From: an uncultured Candidatus Saccharibacteria bacterium
GTDB lineage: Bacteria; Patescibacteriota; Saccharimonadia; Saccharimonadales; CAIOMD01
Direction: 5' to 3'
NCBI GenBank assembly: GCA_963716565.1
Contig: OY970318.1
Span: forward strand, 516,284 to 580,283
Length of the DNA stretch: 64,000 nucleotides
Shown: one piece after another, positions 38,513 through 47,928 of the stretch
How the letters are laid out: every line of letters starts with the position of its first letter
Position numbering within the stretch: position 1 is the stretch's first letter
Translations under genes and position numbers: made by a program
The notes under the pieces: generated by a model
Database searches by the model: none
What the model was told of the DNA's origin: nothing
Seen by the model: only the letters and a program-made list of their open reading frames with translations

Positions 38513-38552
38513 AAACACAAGGCTGGCAACTTACGCTACCAGCCTTGTGTTT
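38513..38552 (-). terminator. Perfect 14-bp inverted repeat hairpin downstream of the 169-aa gene
   Basis: AAACACAAGGCTGG-12 nt loop-CCAGCCTTGTGTTT. It lies between the stop at 38575 and the orn start. A/T runs on both sides allow function in either direction. Confidence 0.55.
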
Positions 38553-38574
38553 AACTATTTCGATTATCTATTTA

Positions 38575-39084
38575 TTATGCAGCAAGTAATTCCCGTTTTG
38601 CTTCTAAAGCCTCTAATTCAGCTCTCTTTTTAGCTATTTCGTCATCAATTCTGGCAGGGTCTTCTTCTAGGGCCCTTTTCTCGGCCTGCCTAGCTTGGCT
38701 CTTTTCTAAACTGACAAGCAAATCCTCCGCGGCTGTCTCGGCTTCAACCTTGCTTGAAATAGGATGTTCGTGCCTATATTGAGGCGTTTGCGATTTTTCC
38801 TGTACATACTCAGTCATATCGGCCGCCAATGTCTCGTTGGTCCTTTCTGTAGCTTCAGCTCCCAGCTTCCTGCTTGCCGGATCAATAGCTCGGAGTTCCT
38901 CTTCTTTTCTAGCCAGCTCCTCTGCGTATCCCACTTCATAATACCTTTCCGCACCAGGTTGCAATCCAAGCATAGTTTCATTTGTCACCCTGTTTACGTC
39001 TTGTGAATTTCTATCAACCACAAGGTGTTTTCTGGCCCAATCTCTAGCCGCTTCTTTTGGTGTTTGTTCTAATCTTTCGCCCAT
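38575..39084 (-). CDS. Hypothetical charged/coiled-coil protein
   Basis: 169 aa, Glu/Ala/Arg-rich with a helical C-terminus (DDEIAKKRAELEALEAKRELLAA). Confidence 0.4.
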   Translation of the reverse strand: MGERLEQTPKEAARDWARKHLVVDRNSQDVNRVTNETMLGLQPGAERYYEVGYAEELARKEEELRAIDPASRKLGAEATERTNETLAADMTEYVQEKSQTPQYRHEHPISSKVEAETAAEDLLVSLEKSQARQAEKRALEEDPARIDDEIAKKRAELEALEAKRELLAA

Positions 39085-39177
39085 TTTTTTGTTTTCTTTC
39101 TTTCTGTTTTATTTTGAAAAGATAGCAATATGCTAGCATATGCTTGCTGTTTTGTCAACTAAGGTTTTAGCTATGCT

Positions 39178-39549
39178 TTACTTATTGAGCCAGGCCAGTA
39201 CGTCTTTGACGGCTTCTTTTGGAACGCTCAATATAATGCGGCGGTAGCGGTCTTGATTGGTTTCTATAACTAGTACGTTGTGTACAAATGGGCGTCGAAA
39301 GCCATGGGGCCGTTTTAAGTACAAAAAATCCCAGCCTTCTTCTGTCCAGAATGAACCAGCAACCAATATGCCCGGTGCACCAGTACCTGGTAAGCGCACT
39401 TCCCATTTGCGCCAATCATTAAAGACTTCCTTATATTCAATTTTAGTAACATCTTCTTTAGCAACTACAATCTTAGCTTTTAGGGCCCACACTTGCTCAC
39501 GGCCGTGCAAAGCTATGGTAAGTTCTTTTTTGGTAGTGGTAAGAATCAT
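39178..39549 (-). CDS. Hypothetical protein
   Basis: 123 aa with no recognisable motif. The overlapping ORFs 39182-39415 and 39257-39634 look like shadows of it. Confidence 0.4.
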   Translation of the reverse strand: MILTTTKKELTIALHGREQVWALKAKIVVAKEDVTKIEYKEVFNDWRKWEVRLPGTGAPGILVAGSFWTEEGWDFLYLKRPHGFRRPFVHNVLVIETNQDRYRRIILSVPKEAVKDVLAWLNK

Positions 39550-39648
39550 GTCTTTTCCAAACTCCTACTTATATTTTAGTCGCAAGCATAGGGATAAACC
39601 TAACAAAAAACGGCGTAATTTATACAATCTTTAAGATATAATAACCCT

Positions 39649-40455
39649 ATGAGCAAACATACACTTAACTCTGGCATAGATTTTGAGCTTGGTAAAAGTA
39701 AACTGATTTATGATAAAAATGGATTCCCCAGGGCTGAGGATTGGATAAAAACATTCGAAGCTGGTAAGTATGCCTATGCAAACTCGGCAACTGGGCCAGA
39801 CGTTCTATATGGCGGTACAAGATATATGGAAGCAGCGGCCGATGAACCGACGCTTAAAGATTACGACTACATGTGTGATGTTACTTTTTTGAACGCCGGA
39901 TTCGTGGGCGATGAGTACATTAAAACTGTTGGACATTATCATGGGGACGTAACTGGCCGAACTGTGGCTTATCCTGAAATTTACGAACCGCTAAGTGATG
40001 GCATCGAGTACTTGCTACAAAGTGAGCCCGACGAAGACGGCTATATTGACACCATCTGGGTTCTGAGCGAACCCGGTGATAAAGTTTTTATGCTACCAAA
40101 CTTTGGACATGTCAGTATAAATGTTAGCGACAAGCCGGTAGTTGAAGTAGATGTACAAAAACGATACAACCCCGACAATTCTATCTATTGCATGTACAAA
40201 GAAAAGATTGGCGGTGCAATTTATCGCACAAAAGACGGCCTTGCTAAGAACCCCCATTACAACATCAAATCTCTAAGAATCATGCGACCAAAAGAAAAGC
40301 CCGAGCTAGGCTTAACGCGAGGCACCCCGCTTTATACTTCACTTGTAAAAAACCCCGAAAAATTTAGATTCATTGACCGCCCACAAGACTACAGTTTTGC
40401 AGTGGATGAATTCTTTAGTGAAGTTACCCCACCGTTCGCTGTCTTTAAAGTTTAG
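39649..40455 (+). CDS. Cupin-type glucose-6-phosphate isomerase-like protein (archaeal-type PGI family)
   Basis: 268 aa. KTVGHYHGDVTGRTVAYPEIYEPL and LPNFGHVSINV resemble the TxGHxH...E.Y...H metal-ligand pattern of cupin PGIs, with a longer spacer. Confidence 0.5.
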   Translation: MSKHTLNSGIDFELGKSKLIYDKNGFPRAEDWIKTFEAGKYAYANSATGPDVLYGGTRYMEAAADEPTLKDYDYMCDVTFLNAGFVGDEYIKTVGHYHGDVTGRTVAYPEIYEPLSDGIEYLLQSEPDEDGYIDTIWVLSEPGDKVFMLPNFGHVSINVSDKPVVEVDVQKRYNPDNSIYCMYKEKIGGAIYRTKDGLAKNPHYNIKSLRIMRPKEKPELGLTRGTPLYTSLVKNPEKFRFIDRPQDYSFAVDEFFSEVTPPFAVFKV

Positions 40456-42129
40456 CTACATGTGTTCTGGTGCTGGAATGCGCAAGATAGTAAGACCGTT
40501 TTTAAGCACGGTAGCGTAGGCTTGCACAAGAGTTAGCCGACCTTCTTCGCGCTCGTTGCCAATAATACGATTCTTTTCGTAAAAACGATTAAAAACTTGA
40601 GCTAAATCATATAAATAAGTGCAGATTAAATGTGGCGCTAACTGGGCTACGGCCTCTTTTACGATTTCTTCGAACTCGCTGATTTTAGCAACCAGTGCGC
40701 GTTCGTCAGCTTCTAAATTGCTAAGCTGGTTAGGTTGTTTTACGGCCTTGGCTAAAATACTACGCGCCCTAGCATGGGCATACTGCAAGTATGGGCCACT
40801 ATTGCCTTCTAGGCTTAACGACTCATTAACGTCATAAATGATATCGCCGCCAATGCGATTCTTGAGAAAGGCATATTTAATAGCCGCCAGTGCAACGTCA
40901 TGGTTGGGCGCATCGTTTTTATCAGATAATTTTTGGGCGGTTTCTTCGGTTGTGCTAAGCAAATCGAGCGCCTTAACGACTTGGCCGGTGCGACTAGCCA
41001 TTTTACCGGTAGTTAATTTAACCAGGCCATGAGCAATATGAGTGGTTTTTTGAGCCTGTTCAGGCGCAAATTGTTCTAAGGCTTTAAGCATTACTTTAAA
41101 ATAGTCTGATTGTTCTTCGGCGGTAATGATAATTGAGCGATCGTAGTGATAATCTTGCCATTTAAGCATAGCGTTACCTAGGTCTTTAGATTCGTAAGTC
41201 GGTAATCCTTGGGAATTAACAAACACCCTGGTGTGCAGGCCGTATTTTTCGCCAGCAAAAATGATAGCACCCTGGCTCTTAGTAAATACCCCGTCGGCCA
41301 AATGTTCGTTGACCAGTTTTAAGCCCTCTTGCGCTACGGCGCCTTCCATATAATTCTTTTCAAACGGCGAAAAATCAAATTGTTTATAAGCTTCTTCGAA
41401 ATATGCCATGCTCCAAGTTTTACAAATATCATAAACTTGGTTGATTAGTTCATCGCTGCGTTCATAAACTTGTTTGTTAATCTTAACTATTTCGTCTTGA
41501 GCTGTTGGATCATCTTCGTAAGCTTTGGCTCCAATCACATAGGTCTCGCCTAAAAACTGCGGCTTGTTATCAACTCGCTCAAGCTGAGCTGGGTCATGAT
41601 CAATACGCTGCAAAATGCCATAGATGGCCTTGCCGACATGCAATCCAACATCGCCTTGGTAGGTTACGCGGTGAACATTAGCGCCAGCAGCATGGAATAA
41701 ACTGGCAATAGCGTCACCAATGGTGCCTGAATAAGCGTGGCCAATATGAAGTTCTTTTAACAGATTAGGGTCTAGGTATTCAACAATAACGTTCTGGCCA
41801 TCAAAATCTGTTTGCTGGCCATACTTATCTTTTTGCTGATCTATTTTATTGAGTTCATCAAGCAAAACTTGATCGCTTAATTTAAGGTTTATGAAGCCAG
41901 GCCCGGCAACCGTTGCTTCGCTCAACCAATCTGGTTTATTTTGATTTAATTTTTCGACTAGCTTATTTGCAACATCACGCGGGTTTTCGCCAACCTGTTG
42001 GGCCAATTTTAATGCAACATTAGTAGCCCAATCGCCAAATTCCGGCGCCGGCCGAGAAATTTCTGGTTCAAGACCAACGCCAAAAACCGACCTAACGGTG
42101 TCTTTGATCGCTTGGCTAACATTTTCCAT
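40456..42129 (-). CDS. argS: Arginine--tRNA ligase
   Basis: 557 aa. HIGH-type motif (LKELHIGHAYSG), an anticodon-binding DALR C-terminus, and an ending of ...APEHM. Confidence 0.9.
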   Translation of the reverse strand: MENVSQAIKDTVRSVFGVGLEPEISRPAPEFGDWATNVALKLAQQVGENPRDVANKLVEKLNQNKPDWLSEATVAGPGFINLKLSDQVLLDELNKIDQQKDKYGQQTDFDGQNVIVEYLDPNLLKELHIGHAYSGTIGDAIASLFHAAGANVHRVTYQGDVGLHVGKAIYGILQRIDHDPAQLERVDNKPQFLGETYVIGAKAYEDDPTAQDEIVKINKQVYERSDELINQVYDICKTWSMAYFEEAYKQFDFSPFEKNYMEGAVAQEGLKLVNEHLADGVFTKSQGAIIFAGEKYGLHTRVFVNSQGLPTYESKDLGNAMLKWQDYHYDRSIIITAEEQSDYFKVMLKALEQFAPEQAQKTTHIAHGLVKLTTGKMASRTGQVVKALDLLSTTEETAQKLSDKNDAPNHDVALAAIKYAFLKNRIGGDIIYDVNESLSLEGNSGPYLQYAHARARSILAKAVKQPNQLSNLEADERALVAKISEFEEIVKEAVAQLAPHLICTYLYDLAQVFNRFYEKNRIIGNEREEGRLTLVQAYATVLKNGLTILRIPAPEHM

Positions 42130-42241
42130 ATCTGTTTTATTGTATCACTAAAGATTATCAAATTATTGTGCTATAAAATGGCCGTTAATTGCTTACGCTT
42201 GCTAATCATCGATGCGCCTTATACTATCTATCAAGATTAAT

Positions 42242-42604
42242 ATGAACCAAGCCAAAGACAGATTAAAAAGATCAGGGTGGGCAATTGGGGCTAAGCTAGA
42301 ACAAGAGTTTCTGGCTATTCCTGAAAGTAGAAGAAGCTCATACAAAGAAGAATTCTTCAGAGAGCTCGGTAAAATTAGCATAGCTACCAGGAAAGAAGGC
42401 GAGCCACCGCTAGTAGGCGTCTATGAATTAGCCGACCTAGATTTAAGTAACCTAGACTTACCTAATAGCCCGACTAATTCAGCAAAGGCCACCAAAGAGG
42501 CGATACATCCCTACTATACTGCGCCCAATAAGATGAATTTCCTAAGAGGCTTGTATGGCTATTTTGGTATGACTGCCCCCTTTGACGAAAAGCCGCCGGA
42601 ATAG
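42242..42604 (+). CDS. Hypothetical protein
   Basis: About 120 aa from the ATG at 42242 (MNQAKDRLKRSGW); the ORF track starts 10 codons earlier. No recognisable domain. Confidence 0.4.
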   Translation: MNQAKDRLKRSGWAIGAKLEQEFLAIPESRRSSYKEEFFRELGKISIATRKEGEPPLVGVYELADLDLSNLDLPNSPTNSAKATKEAIHPYYTAPNKMNFLRGLYGYFGMTAPFDEKPPE

Positions 42605-42967
42605 TCAACCTTTACGTTTTTTGATGATTTCAGCTTTATCTAAATCAAAAATTTCGTCTACGGAAATCATAATGGCATGTTTTGGCTTATAGCCTTCACT
42701 TTTCTGAACGCATAAATCAAAATACTTTCCTGAATCAAAAAGTTCCACGTTGCCACTAATACGATAATAGCCACCAACAGCGCAAATATCCTGATTTTCG
42801 GCCAAGTTTTTAATGGTATTTACCATCTGGCAATTGGCTACTAATAGCCTGCCGTCAACAAAACCTAAAGATATTACAATGTTGGCATTTGGCTGCCCGC
42901 TTTTAGAGGCGGTCGCCAAAACTAGCTCTTTACCTTCTTTAAAACTATCTTGCCATGAATTCGTCAT
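42605..42967 (-). CDS. Pyridoxamine-5'-phosphate-oxidase-like FMN-binding split-barrel protein
   Basis: Start taken at MTNSWQDSF (GGAGA SD 4 nt upstream), because the longer ORF-track N-terminus overlaps the tRNA gene. KELVLATASKSGQPNANIV is typical of the PNPOx-like family. Confidence 0.55.
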   Translation of the reverse strand: MTNSWQDSFKEGKELVLATASKSGQPNANIVISLGFVDGRLLVANCQMVNTIKNLAENQDICAVGGYYRISGNVELFDSGKYFDLCVQKSEGYKPKHAIMISVDEIFDLDKAEIIKKRKG

Positions 42968-42981
42968 ATTATCTCCAAAAT

Positions 42982-43072
42982 TGGCGGAGAGGAAGGGATT
43001 CGAACCCTTGATGCCCTTGCGAGCATACCCGCTTTCCAAGCGAGCGCACTAGACCAACTATGCGACCTCTCC
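42982..43072 (-). tRNA. tRNA-Ser (anticodon GGA), CCA encoded
   Basis: The minus strand reads GGAGAGGTCGCATAGTTGGTCTAGTGCGCTCGCTTGGAAAGCGGGTATGCTCGCAAGGGCATCAAGGGTTCGAATCCCTTCCTCTCCGCCA. The acceptor stem GGAGAGG/CCTCTCC has 7 bp. The anticodon loop TTGGAAA gives anticodon GGA. There is a long variable arm (ATGCTC-GCAA-GGGCAT) and a T arm AAGGG-TTCGAAT-CCCTT. Confidence 0.85.
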
Positions 43073-43147
43073 TTAATACATCAAATTATATCATCGTATT
43101 ATCAGATATAGACTTTTTGAATAATTTAGATAACAATATGTCTCAGT

Positions 43148-43963
43148 ATGAGCGATCGGAAGATACAATGGCCGATCGTTACAAGTGGTGGTGACTTTGT
43201 AACCGATCAGCAACGAGAAGAACTGATTCTGGAAGAACGAATTGCTGAAATCACCGATGATCTACGGGCAATCGACGATTTTCATCTATTACATGAATGC
43301 AATTCAATTTACCATAACTGGAATCACTATCTTAAACAGCTATCAACAGTATTGGCTTTAGCGGAAAAACAGGGGCTTGAATTAAGTTATGCCAGTCTTT
43401 ACGAATTCGGTGCGCACCAGTTCGAATGCGATATTGATCAGGGCGGCCCATATAACCCATGTATTGCTCATTTTTTTGCCATGCTCGGCGCCGATAATTA
43501 CCACGCAGTCGATCCAGATTATTCCGATTATGACTTCGTACTCAATGCTGAAACTTTTGAATTACTCAAACAAAGCGCATGGATCGAGGGATACACACCA
43601 GCTCACGCCAATATAAATTTGGAAGAATTAGGCGAAAAAGTGGCCGGAGTTAGCTTAAGCTATCCAAAAGCAGAAGAACAGCTAACTGAGCAAGATCGGT
43701 CAAAAAATTTAATATTCTCTACATCTGTTTTAAATGATCCATATCTTAAGCATGAGTTGTGCTTTTGGCATTTGCCTGGTTATCACGTGCATCTGGCCGA
43801 TGCTTTTGAAATGGGAATAAAAGATAGCGGGAGAATCGGCGCCACAGATTTAGCAGTTCACGTAGAGTCATTTAAGCAAAAATTTGGAGTGGCTGAAGAT
43901 GTTAAAACATTCTTCTTGCCAGATGAAGATTACGATACAATCGCCTACTATTGGGAAGCTTAG
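43148..43963 (+). CDS. Hypothetical protein
   Basis: 271 aa, acidic and cytoplasmic-looking, with no recognisable domain. Confidence 0.45.
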   Translation: MSDRKIQWPIVTSGGDFVTDQQREELILEERIAEITDDLRAIDDFHLLHECNSIYHNWNHYLKQLSTVLALAEKQGLELSYASLYEFGAHQFECDIDQGGPYNPCIAHFFAMLGADNYHAVDPDYSDYDFVLNAETFELLKQSAWIEGYTPAHANINLEELGEKVAGVSLSYPKAEEQLTEQDRSKNLIFSTSVLNDPYLKHELCFWHLPGYHVHLADAFEMGIKDSGRIGATDLAVHVESFKQKFGVAEDVKTFFLPDEDYDTIAYYWEA

Positions 43964-45783
43964 AATTGCTTACGTTTTAAGGCTAATATGCCCGCTAGTG
44001 GCAATAAACCAAGTAGGTATGTCCACGCAGTTGTACCAGTATTGGGTAGAGTATTGCCTAGATTAACGGTAACGGTGCGATTTAGGGCGACCGAACGGTT
44101 GCCGGTGGTATCGACAGCGATAACTTGAATGTCTGAATGGTATAAGGATGTATCCCAGTTGCAGGAATAAATGCCATTACTATCGGCCGTATTGTCAGTA
44201 CAAATTAGCACGCCATCTACGTAGAACTCTACATAGTCTACTTCTGTATCGTATTCCGGCTTTACATTTATAACGTAGGGGTTAGTACTTACCACTTGTC
44301 CGTCAGTGAGGTTGATGGGGATGACGAGGCCAGGGAGATTGGTAAAAGTGGGAAGAGTGGAATCGTCGGTCGATAAATCGTAGGCCCAGAGTTCGTAACC
44401 GTGCGTACCGTCATCGGCGCCGAAGAATAGAGTATCGCCAATAACTGTAAGATCATAAGGCCAAGACTCTTCATTCGGATTAATATCATCTACTATCATC
44501 GTGCCGTCGGTAGTACCATCAGACTCCCAGAGTTCGTAACCGTAAGTACCGTCTTCGGCGCCAAAGTATAAAACACCGTTAAGCTCGACGAAACTATCGG
44601 GAAATGAGCCGCCGTCGGGGTTTATGTCTTTCAGCATTACCGTGCCCCCAGTGGTGCCGTCAGATTCCCAGAGCTCAACACCGTTCATGCCATTGTCAGC
44701 ACTAAGGAGTAATTTTCCATTAAACAAGCATATCGCACTACCGGAGCCACTGTTAGTATGGATCCCGTCCCCTGCAGGGTTTATATCCTTCACCATCACC
44801 GTGCCATCGGCGGTACCGTCAGACTCCCAGAGCTCAACACCGTTCGTGCCATCGTCAGCAATAAAATATAGCGTATCGTTGAAGTCGGTAAAATAATCAA
44901 GAGCATCCCAAGAACGACCGGTAGGGTTTATAGTTTTTACCATCACCGTGCCATCGGCGGTACCGTCAGACCTCCATAGAGCAGTGCCGCCGGTGTCGCT
45001 ATCAACACCACGGAAATACAGAGTGTCGTTAACTACAGTAAAATTCTGATTAGATACCTGAATATTAGAGTTTAGATTTTTCACCATCACCGTGCCGCCG
45101 GCGGTGCCGTCGGACTTCCAGAGTTCGTAATCACCGGTTCCACTATCACAACCAACAAAGAACAAGGTGCCGTTAAAATTGGTAGTATTTAAAAACCAGC
45201 CGATGCCTGCAGAGTCGTCAATCACTTTTACGGTGCCGTCGGTGGTACCGTCGGACTTCCAAAGTCCATCAACACCGTATCCCTGGGTTGTAAAAAATAG
45301 GGTACCGTTGACATTAGTAAAAGTATGATGGTCGAATTGTGTACCACCGTCGGGGGTGATATCTTTCAAGATGAACGTACCGTCGGCGGTACCGTCAGAC
45401 TTCCAGAGTTCGTTACCGTGAACGTTATCATAAGCTACGAAAAACAAAGTTCCATTGATGTTCATAAATCTAGATGGATCGCCCTCACCCGTTGGATCTG
45501 TCACTTTTACCATCACCGTACCGTCGGCGGTACCGTCGGACTTCCAAAGTGCAGATCCATGCGTTTCGTCGTAAGCACTAAAATAGATAGAGCTCTTAAA
45601 GTTGGTGATATTGTAGGGGTTCGAATCGTTCGGATAAATTTCACCCTCTTCTTCATACGTACCAGAATAAATGTCTTTTACTAGATATGGCTCGGGGTTC
45701 GAGGTGGCTGAGACATTGAATGGCAAAAGAGCAGTACAAACCAGCCCGCAAATCATTGCTATAGCTACAAATAATTTTTTCAT
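43960..45783 (-). CDS. ELWxxDGT-repeat surface protein with LPXTG cell-wall sorting signal
   Basis: 607 aa. Signal peptide MKKLFVAIAMICGLVCTALL. About 8 repeats of ...G.ELW(K/E)SDGT(A/T)(D/G)GTVMVKDI.... The C-terminus has LPNTG, a hydrophobic stretch and KRKQF. Confidence 0.75.
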   Translation of the reverse strand: MKKLFVAIAMICGLVCTALLPFNVSATSNPEPYLVKDIYSGTYEEEGEIYPNDSNPYNITNFKSSIYFSAYDETHGSALWKSDGTADGTVMVKVTDPTGEGDPSRFMNINGTLFFVAYDNVHGNELWKSDGTADGTFILKDITPDGGTQFDHHTFTNVNGTLFFTTQGYGVDGLWKSDGTTDGTVKVIDDSAGIGWFLNTTNFNGTLFFVGCDSGTGDYELWKSDGTAGGTVMVKNLNSNIQVSNQNFTVVNDTLYFRGVDSDTGGTALWRSDGTADGTVMVKTINPTGRSWDALDYFTDFNDTLYFIADDGTNGVELWESDGTADGTVMVKDINPAGDGIHTNSGSGSAICLFNGKLLLSADNGMNGVELWESDGTTGGTVMLKDINPDGGSFPDSFVELNGVLYFGAEDGTYGYELWESDGTTDGTMIVDDINPNEESWPYDLTVIGDTLFFGADDGTHGYELWAYDLSTDDSTLPTFTNLPGLVIPINLTDGQVVSTNPYVINVKPEYDTEVDYVEFYVDGVLICTDNTADSNGIYSCNWDTSLYHSDIQVIAVDTTGNRSVALNRTVTVNLGNTLPNTGTTAWTYLLGLLPLAGILALKRKQF

Positions 45784-45861
45784 TTACCCTCCAAGAGTTA
45801 AAATTGCCTCACAACTTGCCCTAATTCTATACGAAGTGATGTGGAGTGTAAATGATTGTGC

Positions 45862-47088
45862 TTATTCGTGGCGCAGGGCTTCTATGGGGTCTTTGCGGGC
45901 GGCTTGCATGGCTGGTGTCATGCCAAAAATAACTCCAACAATTGTAGAAACGCCAGTTGCCAACAAAATAGTAGTTATAGAAATCACCGGTTTTATGTCG
46001 GTCGTCAGCCTTAGTGTGTAAGCCAAAATAAACGACAAAATAATACCAATTATTCCGCCAAGAACGCTAATTACCATCGATTCCACCAAAAACTGCCCTA
46101 AGATTTGTTGGTTGCTAGCACCAATAGCCTTACGCACCCCAATTTCGTGAGTTCGTTCGCTAACGCTAACCAACATAATATTCATAATGCCAATGCCGCC
46201 AACTAACAGTGATATGCCGGCAATGGCAGCCACTAAAGCCGTTAATAAATCGAAAGCCTGGTTGGCCGCTTGTAAATATTCAGACTGTTTTACAATCGTA
46301 AAATCCTCTTGCCCGCCATGATTTTTAAACAATGCCTGGCGTACTGCCTCGCCCACAGCATCAACAGTGTAACCGTCTTGAACTTTGACGTTCAATTCAC
46401 TTATTGGCAGATTGTCGCTGGTTAACTGGTTGCCAGATTCAATCGGGATATAAACAATATCGTTGTAATTGGTACCTAAATTTAGAGGATTTTCGGGTGA
46501 TGGAGTTAATACGCCTCGTACCATAAAACTTTCACCTTTAATGTCTATTACTCGGCCGATTGGATCGCGTTGGTTATACAAACCGGTAGCCACGTTGCTG
46601 CCAATCACGGCCATTTTTTGCGAAGCGTCATTAGATTGATAAAATTCGCCAAATTCAACTTCTTGACCCAAAACCCCAAAGGTCTCGGCTGGCGTGGCAA
46701 CAATAACCGTGTTGCCATATTCTCTATTTTCGTAACTATTAACCACGCCGGTTATAACCGAGCTGTAAGTAACTGCGTCAACGCCTGCTAGCTGCTTGAT
46801 GCTTGCTATGTCGGCAGCCGTTAAGGTGCTGGTGCCTACAGCGTTACCAGAATTTACTCTGGCTAGTTGCCCTGAACCATTACTAAAACCGCGGCCCGGC
46901 TGAACCGAAATAATATCGCCACCGAACTGATTAATCTGGTCGAGTACTTGCTTTTTTACCCCCTGCCCAATAGCCACAATAATCACCACGCTAGCCACAC
47001 CAATAATTACGCCCAGCATCGTTAACAAGCTACGCGCTTTGGTGCTTTTTATACTGGCCATAGCCATTTTTACATTGGTATGAATCAT
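45862..47088 (-). CDS. ABC transporter permease, MacB/FtsX family
   Basis: 408 aa. N-terminal TM, a large extracytoplasmic MacB-PCD-like domain and a C-terminal FtsX 3-TM bundle. Confidence 0.85.
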   Translation of the reverse strand: MIHTNVKMAMASIKSTKARSLLTMLGVIIGVASVVIIVAIGQGVKKQVLDQINQFGGDIISVQPGRGFSNGSGQLARVNSGNAVGTSTLTAADIASIKQLAGVDAVTYSSVITGVVNSYENREYGNTVIVATPAETFGVLGQEVEFGEFYQSNDASQKMAVIGSNVATGLYNQRDPIGRVIDIKGESFMVRGVLTPSPENPLNLGTNYNDIVYIPIESGNQLTSDNLPISELNVKVQDGYTVDAVGEAVRQALFKNHGGQEDFTIVKQSEYLQAANQAFDLLTALVAAIAGISLLVGGIGIMNIMLVSVSERTHEIGVRKAIGASNQQILGQFLVESMVISVLGGIIGIILSFILAYTLRLTTDIKPVISITTILLATGVSTIVGVIFGMTPAMQAARKDPIEALRHE

Positions 47089-47891
47089 TTTTTACGCGCC
47101 TTTTTAGATTTGTGGCGGGCTTGCTTTTTAGCTTTGCGCTTAATGGCAATTTCTTTGCCACCCACTTCAGGAGCATTATGTAATTCGGTAATGTTGGCTA
47201 CTTCGTGTTCAGCTAGTTCTACATCCTGATGTATGCGACCATCGCGCATGTAAAGTACCCGGCTAGCATAAACCGTTAAATCTGGATTATGCGTGACCAT
47301 AATAATGGTGTTGTCGCCCTTATGAACCTCTTTTAGCAGATCCATAACGACCTTACTACTGGCAGAATCTAAATTACCAGTTGGCTCATCAGCGATAATC
47401 AGGCTAGGCCGATTAATTAAAGCTCTGGCAATGGCCACTTTTTGTAACTGGCCGCCACTTAATTGTTTCGGCAAATAATACTCACGATTTTTTAAGCCAA
47501 TCCTTTCTAATATTTCGCTGGCCCTATATATGCGCCTAAGATTGCCCATTCCCTTGTAAGCCAGCGGCAAAGCCACGTTTTCTAATGCCGTCATGCGTGG
47601 CAACAAGTTAAAGTTCTGGAACACAAAACCAATTTTATTGCGTCTAACCTTGGCTCTAGATTTGTTGCGCAAATGCGACACCAAACGACCATCTAACGCA
47701 TAAACGCCCTGACTAGGCTTGTCTAAAAGACCAATAATATTAAGCAGCGTGCTCTTGCCCGAACCGCTCGGACCCATCACGGCAATAAACTCGCCTTTTT
47801 CTACCTCTAAGCAAACATCGTCCAAGGCAACAGTAGTAGCGTCACCCAAACCATAAACCTTACTAACGTTATTCAGCTTAATCAGAGACAT
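47085..47891 (-). CDS. ABC transporter ATP-binding protein (MacB/LolD type) with basic C-terminal tail
   Basis: 268 aa. Walker [10 protein letters not shown], signature LSGGQLQKV and Walker B LIIADEPT. The tail is [18 protein letters not shown]. The TGA stop overlaps the permease ATG. Confidence 0.9.
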   Translation of the reverse strand: MSLIKLNNVSKVYGLGDATTVALDDVCLEVEKGEFIAVMGPSGSGKSTLLNIIGLLDKPSQGVYALDGRLVSHLRNKSRAKVRRNKIGFVFQNFNLLPRMTALENVALPLAYKGMGNLRRIYRASEILERIGLKNREYYLPKQLSGGQLQKVAIARALINRPSLIIADEPTGNLDSASSKVVMDLLKEVHKGDNTIIMVTHNPDLTVYASRVLYMRDGRIHQDVELAEHEVANITELHNAPEVGGKEIAIKRKAKKQARHKSKKARKK

Positions 47892-47928
47892 ATGAGCCTA
47901 GTTTAAGATTAGATAGCCAAATTAACAA

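Noticed and set aside
42968-43039. The longer N-terminus of the PNPOx-like ORF (start at 43039) and the N-terminal 23 codons of pnp (21416-21484).
   Set aside because: The first overlaps the tRNA-Ser gene on the same strand. Both have better internal ATG starts with SD sequences, and homologous proteins begin there.
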